From: Balanoglossus misakiensis
Taxonomy: Eukaryota; Animalia; Hemichordata
Assembly (NCBI GenBank): GCA_040954595.2
Contig: CM082577.2
Coordinates: 12,619,654 to 12,683,653 of the forward strand
Direction of reading: 5' to 3'
DNA length: 64,000 nt
Positions 40,301-52,300 of this stretch are shown here, one piece after another. Numbering within the stretch: the first letter of the stretch is position 1; the number at the start of each line of letters is the position of its first letter. The notes beneath the pieces were generated by a model, which was not told the DNA's origin, made no database searches, and was given only the letters and a program-made list of their open reading frames with translations. Both the position numbers and the translations under genes were made by a program.

Positions 40301-43300
40301 CTGACATGTAGAGAGAAGCAGTATTCCATGTAAAGACATCTCCTCCAATTGAGCAGTCTTGTGCAACCATCGCAACTTGCCCATCTGTTAAGACTCTGGA
40401 CCACATGTTGAATTGAGTGATGCTGCCAACAAATGCCTGTGACACATCATATCCACCCCTCCGGTCATCCTGTTCTTGACCTAACACCAATGTCCCACCA
40501 GTTCTTATAGTCTCACCAGACGCTAAACCATCTCCACTCAGATACAAGTCACCATTATGGTAACTTGCCCACTTTCCACCACTTGAGGACCATGTCACGC
40601 ACATGTGATGCCACGCACCATCATCTACCCCCAATCCTGTCTGAGCGCTTTTCTCTTTGACGTTCAGTGTCAGAGAGGTTGTACCAAAGAAAAGTAACTC
40701 GTTACAGCTGGATCTGCTGACACAGTAAGAAAGCAACGTTGCCGTTGCTTTTGGCGAAGAAGCTTTTACCCAGAGACACGCAGTCACAGCTCTTAAATCA
40801 GGGACATTGATTTGAACAGCAACGTCTGTTCTAGTGGAACGCAATTCGAGAGTGTTTCCCTCACCTGAAACGTGGAAAGGCAGAAAACCTTCTAATATAA
40901 AATGCAAAGACATTGTAGCTGTGGAGTGAGTATGTATGTATGTATGTATGTATGTATGTATGTATGTATGTATGTATGTATGTATGTATGTATGTATGTA
41001 TGTATGTATGTATGTATGTATGTATGTATGTATGTATGTATGTATGTATGTATGTATGTATGTATGTATGTATGTATGTATGTATGTATGTATGTATGTA
41101 TGTATGTATGTATGTATGTATGTATGTATGTATGTATGTATGTATGTATGTATGTATGTATGTATGTATGTATGTATGTATGTATGTATGTATGTATGTA
41201 TGTATGTATGTATGTATGTATGTATGTATGTATGTATGTATGTATGTATGTATGTATGTATGTATGTATGTATGTATGTATGTATGTATGTATGTATGTA
41301 TGTATGTATGTATGTATGTATGTATGTATGTATGTATGTATGTATGTATGTATGTATGTATGTATGTATGTATGTATGTATGTATGTATGTATGTATGTA
41401 TGTATGTATGTATGTATGTATGTATGTATGTATGTATGTATGTATGTATGTATGTATGTATGTATGTATGTATGTATGTATGTATGTATGTATGTATGTA
41501 TGTATGTATGTATGTATGTATGTATGTATGTATGTATGTATGTATGTATGTATGTATGTATGTATGTATGTATGTATGTATGTATGTATGTATGTATGTA
41601 TGTATGTATGTATGTATGTATGTATGTATGTATGTATGTATGTATGTATGTATGTATGTATGTATGTATGTATGTATGTATGTATGTATGTATGTATGTA
41701 TGTATGTATGTATGTATGTATGTATGTATGTATGTATGTATGTATGTATGTATGTATGTATGTATGTATGTATGTATGTATGTATGTATGTATGTATGTA
41801 TGTATGTATGTATGTATGTATGTATGTATGTATGTATGTATGTATGTATGTATGTATGTATGTATGTATGTATGTATGTATGTATGTATGTATGTATGTA
41901 TGTATGTATGTATGTATGTATGTATGTATGTATGTATGTATGTATGTATGTATGTATGTATGTATGTATGTATGTATGTATGTATGTATGTATGTATGTA
42001 TGTATGTATGTATGTATGTATGTATGTATGTATGTATGTATGTATGTATGTATGTATGTATGTATGTATGTATGTATGTATGTATGTATGTATGTATGTA
42101 TGTATGTATGTATGTATGTATGTATGTATGTATGTATGTATGTATGTATGTATGTATGTATGTATGTATGTATGTATGTATGTATGTATGTATGTATGTA
42201 TGTATGTATGTATGTATGTATGTATGTATGTATGTATGTATGTATGTATGTATGTATGTATGTATGTATGTATGTATGTATGTATGTATGTATGTATGTA
42301 TGTATGTATGTATGTATGTATGTATGTATGTATGTATGTATGTATGTATGTATGTATGTATGTATGTATGTATGTATGTATGTATGTATGTATGTATGTA
42401 TGTATGTATGTATGTATGTATGTATGTATGTATGTATGTATGTATGTATGTATGTATGTATGTATGTATGTATGTATGTATGTATGTATGTATGTATGTA
42501 TGTATGTATGTATGTATGTATGTATGTATGTATGTATGTATGTATGTATGTATGTATGTATGTATGTATGTATGTATGTATGTATGTATGTATGTATGTA
42601 TGTATGTATGTATGTATGTATGTATGTATGTATGTATGTATGTATGTATGTATGTATGTATGTATGTATGTATGTATGTATGTATGTATGTATGTATGTA
42701 TGTATGTATGTATGTATGTATGTATGTATGTATGTATGTATGTATGTATGTATGTATGTATGTATGTATGTATGTATGTATGTATGTATGTATGTATGTA
42801 TGTATGTATGTATGTATGTATGTATGTATGTATGTATGTATGTATGTATGTATGTATGTATGTATGTATGTATGTATGTATGTATGTATGTATGTATGTA
42901 TGTATGTATGTATGTATGTATGTATGTATGTATGTATGTATGTATGTATGTATGTATGTATGTATGTATGTATGTATGTATGTATGTATGTATGTATGTA
43001 TGTATGTATGTATGTATGTATGTATGTATGTATGTATGTATGTATGTATGTATGTATGTATGTATGTATGTATGTATGTATGTATGTATGTATGTATGTA
43101 TGTATGTATGTATGTATGTATGTATGTATGTATGTATGTATGTATGTATGTATGTATGTATGTATGTATGTATGTATGTATGTATGTATGTATGTATGTA
43201 TGTATGTATGTATGTATGTATGTATGTATGTATGTATGTATGTATGTATGTATGTATGTATGTATGTATGTATGTATGTATGTATGTATGTATGTATGTA

Positions 43301-46300
43301 TGTATGTATGTATGTATGTATGTATGTATGTATGTATGTATGTATGTATGTATGTATGTATGTATGTATGTATGTATGTATGTATGTATGTATGTATGTA
43401 TTTATGTATGTATGTATGTATGTATGTATGTATGTACGAAGTATGCGGTTCGACTGGTCCGATCCAAAGTGCTCAATACAAGAGTAGAGCGGAGTATAAA
43501 GAAAGGTAGTAGGAGAAACGGAAGGCGGTAAAATCTCTACAGCGCTGTTTCGTGAGTTACTAGACTCACTCATCAGGGGATCAAACTGGCGAAAATGCAA
43601 GGGGGAAGGCGCGTTTTTATGCAGGTACACAGGTGGTGGAATGTAAGTTGGGGTGGGCCGTTTTGCATAACAATGTGTATAGCTTGTGTGTGGGGAGTAC
43701 CTAGATTTAATTGTTGCGTAACAATGCTTTGTGTCTGTGTCAGCAAGAGGACACAAGTTCGTTTCTTTTATTGAGTGTGGAAATTTCTGGGTTACGAATG
43801 ATAATAAATTTCTCTGTTAAGCAGAGGTTGCACCGTTTGGTTGCGCTGTTGTATGGCTTGGCTTTGGCTAAAATTTTCCATGAAATAGTGTGGGCGATGT
43901 CGTTGTCCTTCAGAGTCCAAATGTGTTTGCTCAGTTCGGTGGAGTTCCTGGAGCGTGCGAGTCGGAAAGATGAAGTGTGGTTTCTGTATCTTGTTTTAAA
44001 GTCGTTCTCGGTTAGTCCGACGTATGTGTCCGAGGTGTTGTTGTCTGTGCGGGTAACTGTGGCCTGGTAGATGACGGAGTTTTGGAGGCAGTTACCGTCG
44101 AGCGGGCATTTGTCCTTTTGTCGGCAGTTGCAAGTCTTGGTGTTGTCGGTCTCGTCTGTGTTGTTGTCGTGCGATTTCAAGATGCGTTTGTTGTGGTTGT
44201 CGATGATCTGCTTCGTATTGTTCATACAGCTGTAGCTAATTTTCATCGTGTTCCTGTTGAATATTTTCCTGAGTTTGTTGTCTTGCGGGAAGCATTTGTC
44301 TATGAGAAGGAGGAATTTCTGTCCGATGTTGGTGCTGACGTTTTTGCTGAATGGGGGGTTGTACCAGATGATGTTGTTTCTTTGTCTGTTTCTTCTTTTA
44401 TTCGCGGTGGTTGTTGGTTCATAGCGTAAAGTGTATTGGTATCCGCTGGCGTCGAGTGCTTTTTGGTATGGCGGGGTAGCTTGGTCGAATGAGGCCTGGT
44501 CGGATGATAGCTGGGAGAGTCGTTTGTTGATTCCGGCTGGTATGTTCTTGGTGATGCTGGTGGGGTGGTTGCTTTCGCGGTGGACATATTGGAGTGTTGT
44601 GTTGGGCTTTGTGTAGGGTTGGTACGTGTTTCTGGCCAGGTTGAATGTGACGTCGAGGAAGTTGATGACTTGTTTGTTAGCTTCGATGGTGATTTTGAGA
44701 CCGTTGATTTTGAATATTCGGCAGATTTCTTTTTTTATGTTTTCTGTGGATCTCGGGGTGGCGTCTGTGATGGCTAGTCCGTCGTCTCTGTATAGTCCGA
44801 TGTTGTTGCCGAATTTATTCTGTGGCTGGGAGAGGAGGAAGCTGCCTACCAGTTCGCATGTTTCTGCACCGTCGAAACTGCCCATGGTGACATCGAATGT
44901 CGTAGGCGGAGGCGAAGTCAAGTGCTTTGTTGAGGAGGTTTTCGCTGATGGAGGGGTAGAATTCCTCGATGTCGAAGCAGATAAAGTTGCATTTTTCCTT
45001 GTTTTTGATGAGTTTGAACCATTCGACTACAGCTGATGTGTTTTTCCATTGGTTGACTGCGGTGGATGCTGTGATTTTCTTATTTATACGGTCGAGGATT
45101 TCTTTGCTGATTTTGCCTATTTCTGATTTGGTCGGGTTGATCAATCTGCAGGTGGGTTTGTTGGCAAAATTCGGTTTGTGGTCTTTCAGGGTTATGAATG
45201 CGTCTTTGTTGGCCGTGATGTCTATTCTGTCGCCGATGTCAAGTTTCATTGCGATGTGTTTGTTAAAGCTAAAAGATGACGCCCAACGTATCAAGAAAGA
45301 AACCAAACTACTTATCGCCGCAGACAAAACCACAAACTTCTACAAGCTAGACCCCCCGACTTACAACGACCTGTTAGAACGCAACATTACCAAATCATAC
45401 AAAAAGCCCACCCCGCTACTACCCAAGCAATCCACGACGAAAACACCATCGAAGCTAACAAACAAGTCATCAACTTCCTCGACGTCACATTCAACCTGAC
45501 CAGAAACACGTACCAACCCTACACAAAGCCCAACACAACACTCCAATATGTCCACCGCGAAAGCAACCACCCCACCAGCATCACCAAGAACATACCAGCC
45601 GGAATCAACAAACGACTCTCCCAGCTATCATCCGACAAGGCCTCATTCGACCAAGCCGCCCCGCCATACCAAAAAGCACTCGACGCCAGCGGATACCAAT
45701 ACACTTTACGCTATGAACCAACAACCACCGCGAATAAAAGAAGAAACAGACAAAGAAACAACATCATCTGGTACAACCCCCCATTCAGCAAAAACGTCAG
45801 CACCAACATCGGACAGAAATTCCTCCTTCTCATAGACAAATGCTTCCCGCAAGACAACAAACTCAGGAAAATATTCAACAGGAACACGATGAAAATTAGC
45901 TACAGCTGTATGAACAATACGAAGCAGATCATCGACAACCACAACAAACGCATCTTGAAATCGCACGACAACAACACAGACGAGACCGACAACACCAAGA
46001 CTTGCAACTGCCGACAAAAGGACAAATGCCCGCTCGACGGTAACTGCCTCCAAAACTCCGTCATCTACCAGGCCACAGTTACCCGCACAGACAACAACAC
46101 CTCGGACACATACGTCGGACTAACCGAGAACGACTTTAAAACAAGATACAGAAACCACACTTCATCTTTCCGACTCGCACGCTCCAGGAACTCAGCAAAC
46201 ACATTTGGACTCTGAAGGACAACGACATCGCCCACACTATTTCATGGAAAATTTTATCCAAAGCCAAGCCATACAACAGCGCAACCAAACGGTGCAACCT

Positions 46301-49300
46301 CTGCTTAACAGAGAAATTTATTATCATTCGTAACCCAGAAATTTCCACACTCAATAAAAGAAACGAACTTGTGTCCTCTTGCTGACACAGACACAAAGCA
46401 TTGTTACGCAACAATTAAATCTAGGTACTCCCCACACACAAGCTATACACATTGTTATGCAAAACGGCCCACCCCAACTTACATTCCACCACCTGTGTAC
46501 CTGCATAAAAACGCGCCTTCCCCCTTGCATTTTCGCCAGTTTGATCCCCTGATGAGTGAGTCTAGTAACTCACGAAACAGCGCTGTAGAGATTTTACCGC
46601 CTTCCGTTTCTCCTACTACCCTTCTTTATGTATGTATGTATGTATGTATGTATGTATGTATGTATGTATGTATGTATGTATGTATGTATGTATGTATGTA
46701 TGTATGTATGTATGTATGTATGTATGTATGTATGTATGTATGTATGTATGTATGTATGTATGTATGTATGTATGTATGTATGTATGTATGTATGTATGTA
46801 TGTATGTATGTATGTATGTATGTATGTATGTATGTATGTATGTATGTATGTATGTATGTATGTATGTATGTATGTATGTATGTATGTATGTATGTATGTA
46901 TGTATGTATGTATGTATGTATGTATGTATGTATGTATGTATGTATGTATGTATGTATGTATGTATGTATGTATGTATGTATGTATGTATGTATGTATGTA
47001 TGTATGTATGTATGTATGTATGTATGTATGTATGTATGTATGTATGTATGTATGTATGTATGTATGTATGTATGTATGTATGTATGTATGTATGTATGTA
47101 TGTATGTATGTATGTATGTATGTATGTATGTATGTATGTATGTATGTATGTATGTATGTATGTATGTATGTATGTATGTATGTATGTATGTATGTATGTA
47201 TGTATGTATGTATGTATGTATGTATGTATGTATGTATGTATGTATGTATGTATGTATGTATGTATGTATGTATGTATGTATGTATGTATGTATGTATGTA
47301 TGTATGTATGTATGTATGTATGTATGTATGTATGTATGTATGTATGTATGTATGTATGTATGTATGTATGTATGTATGTATGTATGTATGTATGTATGTA
47401 TGTATGTATGTATGTATGTATGTATGTATGTATGTATGTATGTATGTATGTATGTATGTATGTATGTATGTATGTATGTATGTATGTATGTATGTATGTA
47501 TGTATGTATGTATGTATGTATGTATGTATGTATGTATGTATGTATGTATGTATGTATGTATGTATGTATGTATGTATGTATGTATGTATGTATGTATGTA
47601 TGTATGTATGTATGTATGTATGTATGTATGTATGTATGTATGTATGTATGTATGTATGTATGTATGTATGTATGTATGTATGTATGTATGTATGTATGTA
47701 TGTATGTATGTATGTATGTATGTATGTATGTATGTATGTATGTATGTATGTATGTATGTATGTATGTATGTATGTATGTATGTATGTATGTATGTATGTA
47801 TGTATGTATGTATGTATGTATGTATGTATGTATGTATGTATGTATGTATGTATGTATGTATGTATGTATGTATGTATGTATGTATGTATGTATGTATGTA
47901 TGTATGTATGTATGTATGTATGTATGTATGTATGTATGTATGTATGTATGTATGTATGTATGTATGTATGTATGTATGTATGTATGTATGTATGTATGTA
48001 TGTATGTATGTATGTATGTATGTATGTATGTATGTATGTATGTATGTATGTATGTATGTATGTATGTATGTATGTATGTATGTATGTATGTATGTATGTA
48101 TGTATGTATGTATGTATGTATGTATGTATGTATGTATGTATGTATGTATGTATGTATGTATGTATGTATGTATGTATGTATGTATGTATGTATGTATGTA
48201 TGTATGTATGTATGTATGTATGTATGTATGTATGTATGTATGTATGTATGTATGTATGTATGTATGTATGTATGTATGTATGTATGTATGTATGTATGTA
48301 TGTATGTATGTATGTATGTATGTATGTATGTATGTATGTATGTATGTATGTATGTATGTATGTATGTATGTATGTATGTATGTATGTATGTATGTATGTA
48401 TGTATGTATGTATGTATGTATGTATGTATGTATGTATGTATGTATGTATGTATGTATGTATGTATGTATGTATGTATGTATGTATGTATGTATGTATGTA
48501 TGTATGTATGTATGTATGTATGTATGTATGTATGTATGTATGTATGTATGTATGTATGTATGTATGTATGTATGTATGTATGTATGTATGTATGTATGTA
48601 TGTATGTATGTATGTATGTATGTATGTATGTATGTATGTATGTATGTATGTATGTATGTATGTATGTATGTATGTATGTATGTATGTATGTATGTATGTA
48701 TGTATGTATGTATGTATGTATGTATGTATGTATGTATGTATGTATGTATGTATGTATGTATGTATGTATGTATGTATGTATGTATGTATGTATGTATGTA
48801 TGTATGTATGTATGTATGTATGTATGTATGTATGTATGTATGTATGTATGTATGTATGTATGTATGTATGTATGTATGTATGTATGTATGTATGTATGTA
48901 TGTATGTATGTATGTATGTATGTATGTATGTATGTATGTATGTATGTATGTATGTATGTATGTATGTATGTATGTATGTATGTATGTATGTATGTATGTA
49001 TGTATGTATGTATGTATGTATGTATGTATGTATGTATGTATGTATGTATGTATGTATGTATGTATGTATGTATGTATGTATGTATGTATGTACGAAGTAT
49101 GCGGTTCGACTGGTCCGATCCAAAGTGCTCAATACAAGAGTAGAGCGGAGTATAAAGAAAGGTAGTAGGAGAAACGGAAGGCGGTAAAATCTCTACAGCG
49201 CTGTTTCGTGAGTTACTAGACTCACTCATCAGGGGATCAAACTGGCGAAAATGCAAGGGGGAAGGCGCGTTTTTATGCAGGTACACAGGTGGTGGAATGT

Positions 49301-52300
49301 AAGTTGGGGTGGGCCGTTTTGCATAACAATGTGTATAGCTTGTGTGTGGGGAGTACCTAGATTTAATTGTTGCGTAACAATGCTTTGTGTCTGTGTCAGC
49401 AAGAGGACACAAGTTCGTTTCTTTTATTGAGTGTGGAAATTTCTGGGTTACGAATGATAATAAATTTCTCTGTTAAGCAGAGGTTGCACCGTTTGGTTGC
49501 GCTGTTGTATGGCTTGGCTTTGGCTAAAATTTTCCATGAAATAGTGTGGGCGATGTCGTTGTCCTTCAGAGTCCAAATGTGTTTGCTCAGTTCGGTGGAG
49601 TTCCTGGAGCGTGCGAGTCGGAAAGATGAAGTGTGGTTTCTGTATCTTGTTTTAAAGTCGTTCTCGGTTAGTCCGACGTATGTGTCCGAGGTGTTGTTGT
49701 CTGTGCGGGTAACTGTGGCCTGGTAGATGACGGAGTTTTGGAGGCAGTTACCGTCGAGCGGGCATTTGTCCTTTTGTCGGCAGTTGCAAGTCTTGGTGTT
49801 GTCGGTCTCGTCTGTGTTGTTGTCGTGCGATTTCAAGATGCGTTTGTTGTGGTTGTCGATGATCTGCTTCGTATTGTTCATACAGCTGTAGCTAATTTTC
49901 ATCGTGTTCCTGTTGAATATTTTCCTGAGTTTGTTGTCTTGCGGGAAGCATTTGTCTATGAGAAGGAGGAATTTCTGTCCGATGTTGGTGCTGACGTTTT
50001 TGCTGAATGGGGGGTTGTACCAGATGATGTTGTTTCTTTGTCTGTTTCTTCTTTTATTCGCGGTGGTTGTTGGTTCATAGCGTAAAGTGTATTGGTATCC
50101 GCTGGCGTCGAGTGCTTTTTGGTATGGCGGGGTAGCTTGGTCGAATGAGGCCTGGTCGGATGATAGCTGGGAGAGTCGTTTGTTGATTCCGGCTGGTATG
50201 TTCTTGGTGATGCTGGTGGGGTGGTTGCTTTCGCGGTGGACATATTGGAGTGTTGTGTTGGGCTTTGTGTAGGGTTGGTACGTGTTTCTGGCCAGGTTGA
50301 ATGTGACGTCGAGGAAGTTGATGACTTGTTTGTTAGCTTCGATGGTGATTTTGAGACCGTTGATTTTGAATATTCGGCAGATTTCTTTTTTTATGTTTTC
50401 TGTGGATCTCGGGGTGGCGTCTGTGATGGCTAGTCCGTCGTCTCTGTATAGTCCGATGTTGTTGCCGAATTTATTCTGTGGCTGGGAGAGGAGGAAGCTG
50501 CCTACCAGTTCGCATGTTTCTGCACCGTCGAAACTGCCCATGGTGACATCGAATGTCGTAGGCGGAGGCGAAGTCAAGTGCTTTGTTGAGGAGGTTTTCG
50601 CTGATGGAGGGGTAGAATTCCTCGATGTCGAAGCAGATAAAGTTGCATTTTTCCTTGTTTTTGATGAGTTTGAACCATTCGACTACAGCTGATGTGTTTT
50701 TCCATTGGTTGACTGCGGTGGATGCTGTGATTTTCTTATTTATACGGTCGAGGATTTCTTTGCTGATTTTGCCTATTTCTGATTTGGTCGGGTTGATCAA
50801 TCTGCAGGTGGGTTTGTTGGCAAAATTCGGTTTGTGGTCTTTCAGGGTTATGAATGCGTCTTTGTTGGCCGTGATGTCTATTCTGTCGCCGATGTCAAGT
50901 TTCATTGCGATGTGTTTGTTAAAGCTAAAAGATGACGCCCAACGTATCAAGAAAGAAACCAAACTACTTATCGCCGCAGACAAAACCACAAACTTCTACA
51001 AGCTAGACCCCCCGACTTACAACGACCTGTTAGAACGCAACATTACCAAATCATACAAAAAGCCCACCCCGCTACTACCCAAGCAATCCACGACGAAAAC
51101 ACCATCGAAGCTAACAAACAAGTCATCAACTTCCTCGACGTCACATTCAACCTGACCAGAAACACGTACCAACCCTACACAAAGCCCAACACAACACTCC
51201 AATATGTCCACCGCGAAAGCAACCACCCCACCAGCATCACCAAGAACATACCAGCCGGAATCAACAAACGACTCTCCCAGCTATCATCCGACAAGGCCTC
51301 ATTCGACCAAGCCGCCCCGCCATACCAAAAAGCACTCGACGCCAGCGGATACCAATACACTTTACGCTATGAACCAACAACCACCGCGAATAAAAGAAGA
51401 AACAGACAAAGAAACAACATCATCTGGTACAACCCCCCATTCAGCAAAAACGTCAGCACCAACATCGGACAGAAATTCCTCCTTCTCATAGACAAATGCT
51501 TCCCGCAAGACAACAAACTCAGGAAAATATTCAACAGGAACACGATGAAAATTAGCTACAGCTGTATGAACAATACGAAGCAGATCATCGACAACCACAA
51601 CAAACGCATCTTGAAATCGCACGACAACAACACAGACGAGACCGACAACACCAAGACTTGCAACTGCCGACAAAAGGACAAATGCCCGCTCGACGGTAAC
51701 TGCCTCCAAAACTCCGTCATCTACCAGGCCACAGTTACCCGCACAGACAACAACACCTCGGACACATACGTCGGACTAACCGAGAACGACTTTAAAACAA
51801 GATACAGAAACCACACTTCATCTTTCCGACTCGCACGCTCCAGGAACTCAGCAAACACATTTGGACTCTGAAGGACAACGACATCGCCCACACTATTTCA
51901 TGGAAAATTTTATCCAAAGCCAAGCCATACAACAGCGCAACCAAACGGTGCAACCTCTGCTTAACAGAGAAATTTATTATCATTCGTAACCCAGAAATTT
52001 CCACACTCAATAAAAGAAACGAACTTGTGTCCTCTTGCTGACACAGACACAAAGCATTGTTACGCAACAATTAAATCTAGGTACTCCCCACACACAAGCT
52101 ATACACATTGTTATGCAAAACGGCCCACCCCAACTTACATTCCACCACCTGTGTACCTGCATAAAAACGCGCCTTCCCCCTTGCATTTTCGCCAGTTTGA
52201 TCCCCTGATGAGTGAGTCTAGTAACTCACGAAACAGCGCTGTAGAGATTTTACCGCCTTCCGTTTCTCCTACTACCCTTCTTTATGTATGTATGTATGTA

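Larger units (their letters stand above)
43436..46627. mobile_element. Penelope-like element cassette 1: 5'-truncated minus copy (43436-~45263) head-to-head with an internally deleted plus copy (~45264-46627)
   Basis: RT motifs [44 protein letters not shown]; [15 protein letters not shown] linker; C-terminal GIY-YIG (VIY…YVG…RYRNH), CNLC, LNKRNE; hammerhead ribozyme in the 3' region. Hydra-clade-like (inference). Confidence 0.93.
49092..52283. mobile_element. Penelope-like cassette 2 (apparently identical to cassette 1, offset 5656)
   Basis: Identical ORF translations and junctions. Confidence 0.93.

Noticed and set aside
43716-43742. TGA in ELVSSC*HRHKALL, shared by all six PLE arms, as possible selenocysteine or readthrough (as in Naiad PLEs)
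   Set aside because: It sits at the x of a CxH motif, where Arg (CGA) is expected rather than Cys, so a CpG transition in the parent copy is simpler. I saw no convincing SECIS.
44082-46414. Short antisense ORFs over the PLE arms
   Set aside because: Shadow frames of the RT/endonuclease ORF.
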